DNA of 64,000 bases. Source: Candidatus Azambacteria bacterium. GTDB taxonomy: Bacteria > Patescibacteriota > Minisyncoccia > GWC2-36-17 > WO2-46-25. The stretch covers positions 2,121 through 66,120 of the forward strand of contig JACRAK010000007.1 of the NCBI GenBank assembly GCA_016234725.1, written 5' to 3'. The position numbers were made by a program, and so were the translations under genes. This document shows positions 53,212 to 62,294 of this stretch, piece after piece. Below the pieces are notes generated by a model. The model was not told the DNA's origin. It saw only the letters and a list, made by a program, of their open reading frames with translations, and ran no database searches. How positions within the stretch are numbered: position 1 is the stretch's first letter; each line of letters begins with the position of its first letter.

Positions 53212-53343
53212 GCTCACCTCCGTTGGTGACAAATAAGCCTGTTGCCTCCATGACAACAAGCATTCGCCGTCAGAAAAGAGAACATAAATACATATATGTA
53301 TTATACGCGCTTTTTCCTGCAAAAGTATCTATATCCGCATAAA

Positions 53344-53354
53344 AGTTATCCACA
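53344..53354 (+). promoter_or_regulatory. DnaA-box 11-mer AGTTATCCACA about 12 bp upstream of a sigma70-like promoter (-35 TTGACG 53366-53371, -10 TATACT)
   Basis: exact TTATCCACA; promoter hexamers with 16-nt spacing. Confidence 0.5.
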
Positions 53355-53394
53355 ATTTACCTATTGACGCGCTTCATGGTTTTGCTATACTAAC

Positions 53395-53518
53395 AATATT
53401 GAAACATTAAGTTTCGATAAAAAAGCTTTGTAGCGGCTTAAAGCTACTAGAAATTCTTGGAGATCATAAGATCTCCATTCCAAATAAAAGTCCAAAGCTT
53501 CGGCTGAGGACTTTTTCA
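53395..53518 (+). ncRNA. candidate small RNA 1 (~120 nt): promoter, three hairpins, intrinsic terminator; no start codon
   Basis: hairpins gtagc-ggcttaaa-gctac, ggagatc-ataa-gatctcc; terminator aaagtcc-aaagcttcggctg-aggacttttt. Confidence 0.4.
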
Positions 53519-53540
53519 TTTATGCCGCCGCAGTAGTTAT

Positions 53541-53655
53541 TGACCCCGTTACAAGCTCGTCGATGGCTTTTTTCAGAAAGCGCTAAGGCGAAGCCGCCTT
53601 ACGGCTTATGCTCGTTGAGAGAAAATGCCTGATATAAGCTTGTAACGGGGTTGAC
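53541..53655 (+). repeat. structured repeated intergenic element copy 1 (tgaccccgttacaagctcgtcgat ... gctaaggcgaagccgccttacggct ... agcttgtaacggggttgac)
   Basis: 14-bp long-range inverted repeat plus an internal 7-bp-stem hairpin; partial copy at 63497-63564. Confidence 0.6.
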
Positions 53656-53686
53656 TTATTGCGTAAATAACCTTTATTATGCATGT

Positions 53687-53776
53687 ACCGTGGTGGCCAA
53701 AAGCCACCACCCAACTGAGGAGGGGACATAATCCCTTCACCTCAAAAGCTCCCTACCACAAGTCGGGAGCTTTTTA
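53687..53776 (+). ncRNA. candidate small RNA 2 (~90 nt): promoter (-35 TTGACT 53651, -10 TATTAT 53675), hairpin gtggtggc-caaaa-gccaccac, intrinsic terminator aaagctccc-taccacaagtc-gggagcttttt
   Basis: no ATG; read from sequence. Confidence 0.4.
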
Positions 53777-53794
53777 TTATCCCCCTGTCGGGAA

Positions 53795-53805
53795 AGTTAT
53801 CCACA
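53795..53805 (+). promoter_or_regulatory. DnaA-box 11-mer AGTTATCCACA about 10 bp upstream of the promoter -35 TTGACC (53816) / -10 TATAAT (53838)
   Basis: exact 11-mer; strong -10. Confidence 0.5.
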
Positions 53806-54072
53806 GGATATGCCTTTGACCGCCCTTCGCACGGTGGTATAATAAGTTCAACGAGAGATTGAGATCACTGTTATCAATATCGATCAAAAGTTTCTCGTAG
53901 TACCTTAAAAACAAGAACTGGCTCCTTTCTGAGCTAGAAAAAATAAATAGACCCTGAATTCTCTAAATTTTCAACGCATTATACACAGAGATCTCGGGGT
54001 CTTTTTTTATTATGTGAAAAACGGTATTATGAAGACAGGCCTACTGCCTGATAATTGCAGTAGATCCAACAT

Positions 54073-55308
54073 ATGAACCAAGACAACAAAATAGGACAGG
54101 GAGCTCCATCGACAAGCGGCGCGCCGGGCGAACTGCCGGTCGTCGGTGAAAAGAAATTTTTTACGCATACGATGCAAGAGGACGTTATGAGGGCAAAAAT
54201 GGACCCCGCGTCATTTGCAAAAGAAATAGCGGCAAAAAAGCCGTTTTCAGAATACATTCCTCCCGTGTCCGCTCCCAAAGAGCCGGAGATCGCCGATAGG
54301 TTCAGGGAACCGATCGAAGGCCTCCCTGACCGTGACCAGCCGTTCCCGCTTCCGGATACAAAAACTGAAAGGGAAGGCGACCAGCCGTTCCAAATACGCA
54401 TTCCTCAAAAACGCGGCGCGACCAGCGCGACCACGATCATGTTAGCGGTTGTGCTTTTGGTGCTTGTTGCGGGCGGCGGCGCGGCATATTGGTGGTTCTT
54501 CATGCGAACCCCCGCAGCGGAGGTTATCGTGCAAATACCTGAACAAAAAGCCGCTCCGCAGCCACAACCCGCACCGGTTATTCCCGTTCAGCCGGAACCC
54601 GAGCCTGAGCCGGAACCGCAACCAGAGCCCATCGCCACCACTACCGAGCCCATCGTGATGCCGGAGCCCGTTGCGACCACAACCCCGCCCGTGGTAACTC
54701 CGCCGCCCGCGCCGATACAAACCCCTGAACCGGCGCTTCCGGAGGCGGTCATTACGCTTGACCGCACTGCGATCATAGAGGTCGCAAAACTCGATAAGGC
54801 GCTTTTACTTGAAGCAATGGCCGCAGAGAATATAAAAATAACGGAAGGAAAAGCAACGATCCGTTACGCGGTAAAGCTTGTTACGGGATCGGAAAAAAGA
54901 TTTTTGACCGGCAATGAAACAGCACAGCTCCTGGAGCTTTCGGTGCCCGCCGATCTTTCGAAGCTCATGAACGCATCGGAGCTTATCGGGTATAAAAGCG
55001 GCGCGTCGTTCCGCTACGGCTTCGCGAGCGCGATCCAGGACAAAACAAACGTAAAAAATGCGGCGATTGCATGGGAACGCGCCATGCTTGATGATCTTGC
55101 CGCGTTGTACATCGAAAAAGCGTATCAAAAACCAGCAACCATCGCGTTCTCCACCAACACATACTTCGATTTCTACAAGCGCTTCATCAATATGCCGCAG
55201 CCGGACGTTTCATTTGACTGGGCGGTGTCTCCCCGCTATTTTGTCATCGCAACGTCAAAAGAAATGATCTACGCGGTACTCGACAAAGCGCGCCAGCCCG
55301 GCAAATAA
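54073..55308 (+). CDS. Pro-rich membrane-anchored hypothetical protein (central TM, P/E/Q-rich linker, C-terminal globular domain)
   Basis: TM IMLAVVLLVLVAGGGAAYWWFF; PEPEPEPEPQPEP tract. Confidence 0.6.
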   Translation: MNQDNKIGQGAPSTSGAPGELPVVGEKKFFTHTMQEDVMRAKMDPASFAKEIAAKKPFSEYIPPVSAPKEPEIADRFREPIEGLPDRDQPFPLPDTKTEREGDQPFQIRIPQKRGATSATTIMLAVVLLVLVAGGGAAYWWFFMRTPAAEVIVQIPEQKAAPQPQPAPVIPVQPEPEPEPEPQPEPIATTTEPIVMPEPVATTTPPVVTPPPAPIQTPEPALPEAVITLDRTAIIEVAKLDKALLLEAMAAENIKITEGKATIRYAVKLVTGSEKRFLTGNETAQLLELSVPADLSKLMNASELIGYKSGASFRYGFASAIQDKTNVKNAAIAWERAMLDDLAALYIEKAYQKPATIAFSTNTYFDFYKRFINMPQPDVSFDWAVSPRYFVIATSKEMIYAVLDKARQPGK

Positions 55309-55319
55309 CGCACCGCGGC

Positions 55320-56252
55320 ATGGGCGACACCCGTCATTCCATACTCTCACTCCTCGCGCTGGCACATGCGGAATCGCTGCCGGCGCTTTCGTTTACCGAC
55401 ATCTGCGCGCTTCTGCCCGTATCGAGCGCAAAGACCGCCGCACCCGAAGAAATAACATCTGTTCTTGCTCGCCTCGAAAAAGAGTGGGTTGTTGCCGCGC
55501 GCGACGGCTGGTATGCGCTCATGAAGCCGCCCGATACGGATGAAATACGGCGGCGTGCCGATATATCGCGCCAAAAGATCGCGCGCAACCGCTTTTTCTT
55601 TTTGCTTATGCAGGCGGTCCCGTTTGTGGAAGCTGCGGCGATCACCGGCTCGGTGTCGATGGAAAATGCGAATGAAAAAAGCGATATTGATATTCTCTGC
55701 ATCGTCAAAAAAGGGAGAATGTGGACCGCGCGGATACTGCTGCTATTTCTTGCGGAGCTGTTCGGCAAACGGCGCGACCACAAACGCTATTCAGACAAAG
55801 CATGCTTTAATTGTTTTGCCTCAAAAGACGCCTCGTTCCCTTTCCACAACATCGCCGCCGCGCACATGCTTGCGCGCGCGCTCCCTCTTTTTGGAAGCAA
55901 ACCGCTTGAAACATTTTTTACCACGAACGCATGGACACAAGAATACGTATCGCGCCCTACACGCACGCCGCTCATCCCCGCATCCCGCGCATTGCGCGCC
56001 GTTTCTGCGTCAACCGTATGGCTCCTTTCGGGAAGCGTTGGCAATGCGCTTGAGCGCGCGCTTGCGCGATGGCAAATAGATCGCCTGCGCCGCAAGGTGA
56101 AACAGGGAAGCGACGCTTCGGGCCTCGTGCTTCGCGATGATATCGTGACGCTCTATTACCCTGACATCAAAAACAAAGCGGTCATGGCGCTCTATACCGA
56201 TACAATAAATACTTTGGATTACGAAATGTCAGATTCGAGGCGCGCCGAGTAG
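55320..56252 (+). CDS. nucleotidyltransferase-domain protein (Pol-beta superfamily NTase with N-terminal wHTH-like region)
   Basis: GSVSMENANEKSDIDILCIV nucleotidyltransferase motif. Confidence 0.55.
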   Translation: MGDTRHSILSLLALAHAESLPALSFTDICALLPVSSAKTAAPEEITSVLARLEKEWVVAARDGWYALMKPPDTDEIRRRADISRQKIARNRFFFLLMQAVPFVEAAAITGSVSMENANEKSDIDILCIVKKGRMWTARILLLFLAELFGKRRDHKRYSDKACFNCFASKDASFPFHNIAAAHMLARALPLFGSKPLETFFTTNAWTQEYVSRPTRTPLIPASRALRAVSASTVWLLSGSVGNALERALARWQIDRLRRKVKQGSDASGLVLRDDIVTLYYPDIKNKAVMALYTDTINTLDYEMSDSRRAE

Positions 56253-56376
56253 AGAAGCCAAAGCTGTACTTATGTAGTACTGCGAGGCGAGACACGGAGG
56301 CGGAACGAAGAAAATGGCGTTTCGCAATGCAAAGTAAAAATTGATTTTTGAATAAAGCGGCAGTATACTATTTTAT

Positions 56377-56745
56377 ATGGAACGATCACGCATCACGCAC
56401 TTCAAAGAGCAATTGTTGAAAGAAAAAGAACAGCTTGAGGGCGACTTGAACGAATCCGCGACAAAAGACGACGGCCACTGGGAAACAAAGCGCCAGCCCT
56501 TCGACGAAGCGGGGCGATTTGATGAAGAAGAGCGCGCCGATGAAGTGGAGGAATACGAAAATGAAACTTCCATCGACCGCCAGCTTGAAACGCGCCTCGA
56601 GGACATCACTGGTGCGCTTCATAAAATAGACGCCGACACGTACGGCATCTGCGAACGATGCGGGAAGGCGATCGATGAAACGCGCCTTACCGCAAACCCC
56701 GCGGCGCACACGCATGTTCACTGCAACACAGCGAGTAGAACGTAG
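56377..56745 (+). CDS. DksA/TraR-family C4 zinc-finger protein
   Basis: C-terminal YGICERCGKAIDETRLTANPAAHTHVHC; acidic coiled-coil N-terminus. Confidence 0.7.
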   Translation: MERSRITHFKEQLLKEKEQLEGDLNESATKDDGHWETKRQPFDEAGRFDEEERADEVEEYENETSIDRQLETRLEDITGALHKIDADTYGICERCGKAIDETRLTANPAAHTHVHCNTASRT

Positions 56746-56800
56746 CGAGTGGCGAGTAAAAAACATCATGCGCGCCTACTTCCTACTCCCTACTCGCTAA
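56730..56800. repeat. GTAG-repeat palindromic element (gcgagtagaacgtagcgagtggcgagta ... cctacttcctactccctactcgct)
   Basis: left arm overlaps the last codons of the DksA-like ORF; right arm lies in the comM leader. Confidence 0.7.
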
Positions 56801-56820
56801 TTTCTAGCCTCTATCCTCCT

Positions 56821-58350
56821 ATGCCTGCAAAAGTTTTCTCTGCGACGCTCTGTGGGATCGACGCGAACATTATCACGGTGGAGACCGACATTTCGCACGG
56901 TCTCCATTGTTTTACCATTGTCGGCCTGCCGGACCAATCCGTCGGGGAGTCAAAGGACCGCGTCAACGCCGCGCTGAAGAATTCGGGATTTCAATACCCT
57001 AAAAAGACCAATCAAAAGATCGTCGTCAATCTCGCGCCTGCCGACGTTAAAAAAGAAGGATCGTCATACGACCTCCCTATTGCGCTCTCCTATCTTGCCG
57101 CATCCGACCAGCTTCGCTTTGACCCGAAAAAGAAACTTTTTGTAGGGGAGCTCGCGCTTGATGGAGGCGTGCGCCCCGTCCACGGCGCTCTTGCGATCGT
57201 CGCGCAGGCAAAGCGCGACGGATTTTCAGCTGTCGTTCTGCCGGCACAAAACGCAGAGGAAGCGCGCCTGATCTCGGGCATCACCATTATACCGGTCGCC
57301 ACTATTGCGGAGTGCGCCGACTATCTTTTGCACGGCACCGTCCCGGAACACGAAAGCACGCGTGAAGCCGACACGCTGCCCGCAAACGAAGCGCGCGATG
57401 CCGATGCGCTTGATTTCGCGCATATCAAAGGACAAAACCAAGCCAAGCGCGCCCTTGAGATCGCGGCGGCGGGCGGCCACAATGTGCTTTTATCCGGCCC
57501 GCCGGGAACGGGAAAAACAATGCTCGCAAAAGCGACCGTTTCCATCCTTCCTGAAATGGGAGAGGAAGAGATCATTGAAACAACAAAGATATACAGCATC
57601 GTCGGCCTGCTTGGCGCGCGCCATGCGATGACCGAACGCCCGTTCCGCTCGCCGCATCATTCCGCGTCCGACATCGCGCTCATCGGAGGAGGAAAGACCG
57701 CAAAGCTCGGCGAGATAACGCTTGCACACAACGGCGTGCTGTTTCTGGACGAATTCCCGGAGTTCCCGCGCGATGTCATTGAGGCATTGCGCCAACCGCT
57801 TGAAGATAAAACGATCACGGTGTCGCGCGCGCACGGCTCTTTTTCCTACCCCGCCAATTTCATTCTCATCGCCACCAAAAACCCGTGCCCCTGCGGGTAT
57901 TACCGTTCTGCCCAGCGCGAATGTTCCTGTTCGATGGCAACCATCATCAGATATCAGAAAAAGATCTCCGGCCCGATCGCCGACCGCATCGACATCCATG
58001 TTGAAGTGCCCTCAGTCACCTATGAAAAGCTCACCGAGGAATCCTCTGACCGCGAGAGCGCGCGCATACAAGCGCGCGTGTCGCGCGCGCGAGAGCTCCA
58101 GCGCGAACGGTTTGCAAAAACAGCGATCGCGCGCAACGCCGACATGTCCGCCGCGCACATAAAAAAGCACTGTTCGCTGGACAGCGCTTCGCTTGCGGTC
58201 CTTAAAAACGCGATGGAAAAATTAAATCTTTCTGCGCGCGCGTTCCACAAGATCATCAAACTTGCGCGCACGATCGCAGACCTTGAAGAAGCGCCGCACA
58301 TCCTCCCCACGCACATCGCGGAAGCCCTGCAATACCAACAAAGAACGTAG
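56821..58350 (+). CDS. comM: YifB/ComM-family Mg-chelatase-like AAA+ ATPase; start moved to MPAKVF
   Basis: ChlI-like N-terminal domain, Walker A GPPGTGKTM, C-terminal ComM domain. Confidence 0.85.
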   Translation: MPAKVFSATLCGIDANIITVETDISHGLHCFTIVGLPDQSVGESKDRVNAALKNSGFQYPKKTNQKIVVNLAPADVKKEGSSYDLPIALSYLAASDQLRFDPKKKLFVGELALDGGVRPVHGALAIVAQAKRDGFSAVVLPAQNAEEARLISGITIIPVATIAECADYLLHGTVPEHESTREADTLPANEARDADALDFAHIKGQNQAKRALEIAAAGGHNVLLSGPPGTGKTMLAKATVSILPEMGEEEIIETTKIYSIVGLLGARHAMTERPFRSPHHSASDIALIGGGKTAKLGEITLAHNGVLFLDEFPEFPRDVIEALRQPLEDKTITVSRAHGSFSYPANFILIATKNPCPCGYYRSAQRECSCSMATIIRYQKKISGPIADRIDIHVEVPSVTYEKLTEESSDRESARIQARVSRARELQRERFAKTAIARNADMSAAHIKKHCSLDSASLAVLKNAMEKLNLSARAFHKIIKLARTIADLEEAPHILPTHIAEALQYQQRT

Positions 58351-58452
58351 AACATAGCGAGTAGAACGTAGGACAAACACCAAAAAACAAAAACGGGGCT
58401 TCCACCCGTTTTTTTCTACTCGCTACCCCCTACTCCCTACGTTCTACATTCT
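58346..58452. repeat. GTAG-repeat palindromic element enclosing a bidirectional terminator (hairpin aaacggg-gcttcca-cccgttt at 58390-58417)
   Basis: arms gtagaacatagcgagtagaacgtagg / cctacgttctac...ctactcgctac. Confidence 0.75.
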
Positions 58453-58460
58453 GTGCGCCC

Positions 58461-59783
58461 CTAGCGCACCAAGTACGGATTCTTCGCGCCGCGCACCTCA
58501 AAGTGCAAGTGGCACCCCGTTGATCTGCCCGCGCCTTCCATGCGCACGCGCCTGCCGTCGATAACCTCGAAGCCGCCGCCCATCGTCGCGATCATGCTTC
58601 CTTGTTTCACTTCCTGCCCGTTGAACGCGAAGACATCTTTCAAATGCGCATAGAGCGTCACCACGCCGTTGGGGTGTTTGATTATGATATTATTGCCGTA
58701 ACCGGAATACACCGCCGCGCCGGTGCGCGCGCGGGATTCCGTGGTTCGTACCGCCGTCACCACGCCGTCTGCGGCCGCATAGATCGCCGTGCCGCACTGG
58801 TTACCGATGTCGGCGCCGTTATTCCCGTGGAGACCCTGCGTCTTCCTGCCGCTGGTCGGGAATATGAAATATTTATTGGAAACCGGCGATTGTTTTGCCG
58901 ACGCGACCGCGGTTGCCGGCTTCGGCGTGCGGATCGGCTGGGGCATTCTGCCGTCAGGAAGGATCACAACGTCGTCCACGCGGAGCGCACCGTCTGCGGG
59001 GAGATGATTATACGCAATGATGTCTTCTTCGTTCGCGCGGAACTGCTGCGCCAGTGACGCCACCGTATCGCCCTTCTTTACCGTATGCCTCACGCCATCC
59101 ACCGGCAAGATCTCGAGCCGCTGCCCTTCTTTTATGTAATCAGCGGACGACAGGTTATTCGCCCACAACAGGGTCGTGGGGGCAACGCCAAACATAGTGG
59201 CGATCTCTGAGATCGTGTCGCCCTCCTCTACCATATAATAGACGATCTGGTCGCGGGAGGTCTGGTTTTGGTCTATCGTCAGCGGCGCAAGGTCGGCGAC
59301 AAGTGCGTCATCGGCGGTCGTCGGATAGGCATATTCGTCTATTTGTTCTTCGTCGATACCTCCTCTCCCCTCGCCCATGCTATCATACACTGCCTCTTGA
59401 GAAATATGTCCCTGAGACGCCCTCACGGACACTTCGGTATAGCTATTCCCCGCGTTTTGCTGTATCGCCGCGAGCGTTATCGCCGAAAGCTTGCCGTTTG
59501 CGTCCGCAATATTGAAGAAAGACGCAAAAAACAGCATAATAACAAAAAACGCCGAGAAAACGTTGCTTTTTGCGAGGTCGAGTATATAAAAAAATCTATT
59601 CCCGGTAGGGAGTACAGGGAATTTCGTAGTAAGCGCATGGATCCCTCTCCGCAACGCAGAGAGGAAATTGGAGATCATGGTATGAATCGGTGTAAGATGA
59701 CTGTTCGTTCGCCCTTCTCGCCTCTTTTCTATGACCGCATACATAATACCACCGCGAGGGCCAAAGGTCAATCGTTCCAACAA
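58461..59783 (-). CDS. LysM + M23 (lysostaphin-like) peptidoglycan endopeptidase with N-terminal TM
   Basis: two LysM blocks (YYMVEEGDTISEIA, HTVKKGDTVASLA); M23 H.H motif HLHFEVR. Confidence 0.8.
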   Translation of the reverse strand: MLERLTFGPRGGIMYAVIEKRREGRTNSHLTPIHTMISNFLSALRRGIHALTTKFPVLPTGNRFFYILDLAKSNVFSAFFVIMLFFASFFNIADANGKLSAITLAAIQQNAGNSYTEVSVRASQGHISQEAVYDSMGEGRGGIDEEQIDEYAYPTTADDALVADLAPLTIDQNQTSRDQIVYYMVEEGDTISEIATMFGVAPTTLLWANNLSSADYIKEGQRLEILPVDGVRHTVKKGDTVASLAQQFRANEEDIIAYNHLPADGALRVDDVVILPDGRMPQPIRTPKPATAVASAKQSPVSNKYFIFPTSGRKTQGLHGNNGADIGNQCGTAIYAAADGVVTAVRTTESRARTGAAVYSGYGNNIIIKHPNGVVTLYAHLKDVFAFNGQEVKQGSMIATMGGGFEVIDGRRVRMEGAGRSTGCHLHFEVRGAKNPYLVR

Positions 59784-59794
59784 AGTTATCCACA
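59784..59794 (+). promoter_or_regulatory. DnaA-box 11-mer AGTTATCCACA in the divergent M23-peptidase / uvrD intergenic region
   Basis: exact 11-mer. Confidence 0.5.
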
Positions 59795-59817
59795 GTTAAA
59801 AAAGATACGGTAGCGCC

Positions 59818-61770
59818 TTGGTATTACTTAAAAACCCGCATACAATGGGAGATCTTTACGCCAATTTGAATGAGCGGCAGCGCGAGGCGGTCGCGACGGA
59901 AAACGGCCCGCTCTTGGTCATTGCGGGCGCAGGCTCGGGCAAAACAACGGTGCTGACCCGCCGCATCGCCTCTCTTATCGCCAAGGGGGTCGCCCGGCCC
60001 GATCAGGTGCTTGCCGTCACCTTCACCAATAAGGCGGCGGGGGAGATGAAAGAGCGGGTGCGCGCTCTCCTTGCGGGGGCTTCTGTCCACGCCGCACCCC
60101 TCATCGGCACGTTCCACTCCGTGTGCCTTACCATCCTCCGCGCCCACGCGGAGCTCCTCGGCTATGGCCGCGACTTCCTCATATTCGACAGCAAAGACCA
60201 GCAGGCGCTTCTGAAGTCCATATGCGAAGAATTGCGCATCGACACCGAGCGCTTCACGCCCGACTCGTTCGGGAACGCCATTTCCAAGCTCAAAAGCAGG
60301 CTCATCACCCCCGACGCGTTCACCGAAGACGCGCACGACCCATACCCGAAAATGGCGGCAACGGTATATGCGAAATATCAAGACGCGCTCAAGGAACATA
60401 ACGCCGTTGATTTTGACGACATGATCATGCTGTGCGTGCAGCTTTTTGAAGCGCGCAAAGATATTTTGGAGCGCTATCAGGAACAATTCCGGTATATCCT
60501 CATCGACGAATACCAAGACACCAACTTCGCCCAGCACCGTTTCGTGAACCTGCTTGCCGCTCGCTACCGGAACATCTGCGCGGTGGGCGACCTCGACCAG
60601 GCGATCTACGGGTGGCGGCAAGCGGATGTGGCGAACATCCTTAATTTTGAAACGCAGTATCCCGATGCGAAGGTCGTCGTGCTCGAAGAGAACTACCGCT
60701 CCACGCAAAACATCCTGTCGGCCGCAAACATGATCATCAGCAAGAACAAAATGCGGAAAGAAAAGAATCTCTTCACCAAAAACAAGGCGGGGGAGAAGAT
60801 CAGCGTGGTGGTCGCCGCGACCGAAACGGAAGAAGCGGAGTTCGTCGCGCGCACGGTCCGCGCGCTGGTGCGCGACAAGCGCTTTTCTTTGTCTGACATC
60901 GCGGTGCTGTACCGCACGAACGCGCAGTCCCGCGCGATCGAAGAAACGTTCGCACGGCGAAGCATCGCCTACAAGGTCATCGGGGGCTTGAAATTCTACG
61001 AACGCAAAGAGATCAAGGACGTCCTCGCGTATCTTCGCTGCATCGCAAACCCCCGCGACACCGTGAGTTTGAAGCGCGTCATCAATTTCCCGCCCCGCGG
61101 TATCGGCAAAGTGTCGCTGACGAATTTTTTCCAAAAAAAGGAGACCACGAAATCGATCGACGGATTTTTTGCGCTCATCGATGCGCTCAAAGAAGCGCGC
61201 GGCACACTTTCGCTTTCCGCATTCATGAAGCTCGTCATACACCGGTCGGGCATTGAAGCGCACCTCAAAGAACTCGGTGAAAAAGAAGAGACACGCTGGG
61301 AAAATGTGCGCGAACTGATATCGGCGGCGGCCGCCTATGATGCCGAAGCTCCGGAGCAGGCGCTCACATCATTTTTGGACAACGCCGCGCTTGCCTCGCA
61401 GGAAAGCAAAGAAGAGAACAAAGGCGCGGTGCACGTCATGACGATGCATTCGGCAAAAGGGCTTGAGTTCCGCGCAGTGTTTTGCATCGGCATGGAAGAT
61501 AACATCTTTCCCCATTCGCGGAGCAAGCAATCGCCCGCGGAAATGGAAGAGGAGCGGCGGCTCTGCTACGTTGCCGTCACGCGGGCGAAAGAACACGTCT
61601 GGCTCTTGTACGCCAGAGCACGGCGCACCTATGGCCAAACGCAAATGAACCCTCCCTCCCGTTTTCTGTTCGATATTCCCGAGCACCTTGTGTCATTTTC
61701 CGTATGCGGAGAAGAAGCGAGCATCAGCTATGATGACCTTGAGAGCGGCATCATCGGGTTTGAGACGTAG
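59818..61770 (+). CDS. uvrD: UvrD/PcrA/Rep-family ATP-dependent DNA helicase (TTG start in the track; likely start at the Met at 59845)
   Basis: Walker A AGAGSGKTTVL; helicase motifs through VTRAKE. Confidence 0.85.
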   Translation: MVLLKNPHTMGDLYANLNERQREAVATENGPLLVIAGAGSGKTTVLTRRIASLIAKGVARPDQVLAVTFTNKAAGEMKERVRALLAGASVHAAPLIGTFHSVCLTILRAHAELLGYGRDFLIFDSKDQQALLKSICEELRIDTERFTPDSFGNAISKLKSRLITPDAFTEDAHDPYPKMAATVYAKYQDALKEHNAVDFDDMIMLCVQLFEARKDILERYQEQFRYILIDEYQDTNFAQHRFVNLLAARYRNICAVGDLDQAIYGWRQADVANILNFETQYPDAKVVVLEENYRSTQNILSAANMIISKNKMRKEKNLFTKNKAGEKISVVVAATETEEAEFVARTVRALVRDKRFSLSDIAVLYRTNAQSRAIEETFARRSIAYKVIGGLKFYERKEIKDVLAYLRCIANPRDTVSLKRVINFPPRGIGKVSLTNFFQKKETTKSIDGFFALIDALKEARGTLSLSAFMKLVIHRSGIEAHLKELGEKEETRWENVRELISAAAAYDAEAPEQALTSFLDNAALASQESKEENKGAVHVMTMHSAKGLEFRAVFCIGMEDNIFPHSRSKQSPAEMEEERRLCYVAVTRAKEHVWLLYARARRTYGQTQMNPPSRFLFDIPEHLVSFSVCGEEASISYDDLESGIIGFET

Positions 61771-61823
61771 CATAAAAAGAAGAGCGCTGGTATAATTAAT
61801 TTTATTATCATTACTGTATATTC

Positions 61824-62294
61824 ATGGAAACTTCAGAAACTATGACGTGTCAAAAAAGGTGTTGCGTGAATGCCGCAAATCGCACCGTAAAAAAAGTGCT
61901 CTGCATCATCGTGGTCATCGCGGCGCTCGTGTGGGTCGATACGAATTTCAACATCATTGCGTCGTCACAAGCCAACAAACAAGCGCGCGCACACTTGCAA
62001 GCGGTGTTTTTATCCAACGGCCAGGTATATTTCGGCGCGCTGTCGCGCCACGGCATCGGCTTCTGGCGCCTCGACCGCGCGCACTATCTGCAAGTATCAA
62101 AAACTCCTTCGGCGCTTTCCCCCGAAACACCAGACGGCACCGCGCCCCAAGAAACGCGCACCACGCTCATGAAATTGAGCGACGACATGCACCGCCCGCA
62201 AAACACCTTATTCATTCCCGCATCGCAGATCCTTTTTTGGCAAAATCTGCAAAACGACTCTCCGGTCGCACAGGCGATCATATCAGGCCAATGA
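61824..62294 (+). CDS. membrane-anchored hypothetical protein, paralog of 40005-40439
   Basis: shared sequence blocks (see 40005). Confidence 0.5.
   Translation: METSETMTCQKRCCVNAANRTVKKVLCIIVVIAALVWVDTNFNIIASSQANKQARAHLQAVFLSNGQVYFGALSRHGIGFWRLDRAHYLQVSKTPSALSPETPDGTAPQETRTTLMKLSDDMHRPQNTLFIPASQILFWQNLQNDSPVAQAIISGQ

Noticed and set aside
53344-53805. Chromosomal replication origin (oriC)
   Set aside because: The DnaA boxes are single and dispersed (11.7, 53.3, 53.8 and 59.8 kb), not a cluster of at least three within about 300 bp, and there is no dnaA, dnaN or AT-rich unwinding element next to them
61847-62290. 148-aa N-terminal extension of the rsmA ORF in the track (Arg/His-rich)
   Set aside because: It overlaps the paralog-supported gene 61824-62294 in another frame; the RsmA N-terminal motif (RLGQNFL) starts right after the Met at 62291
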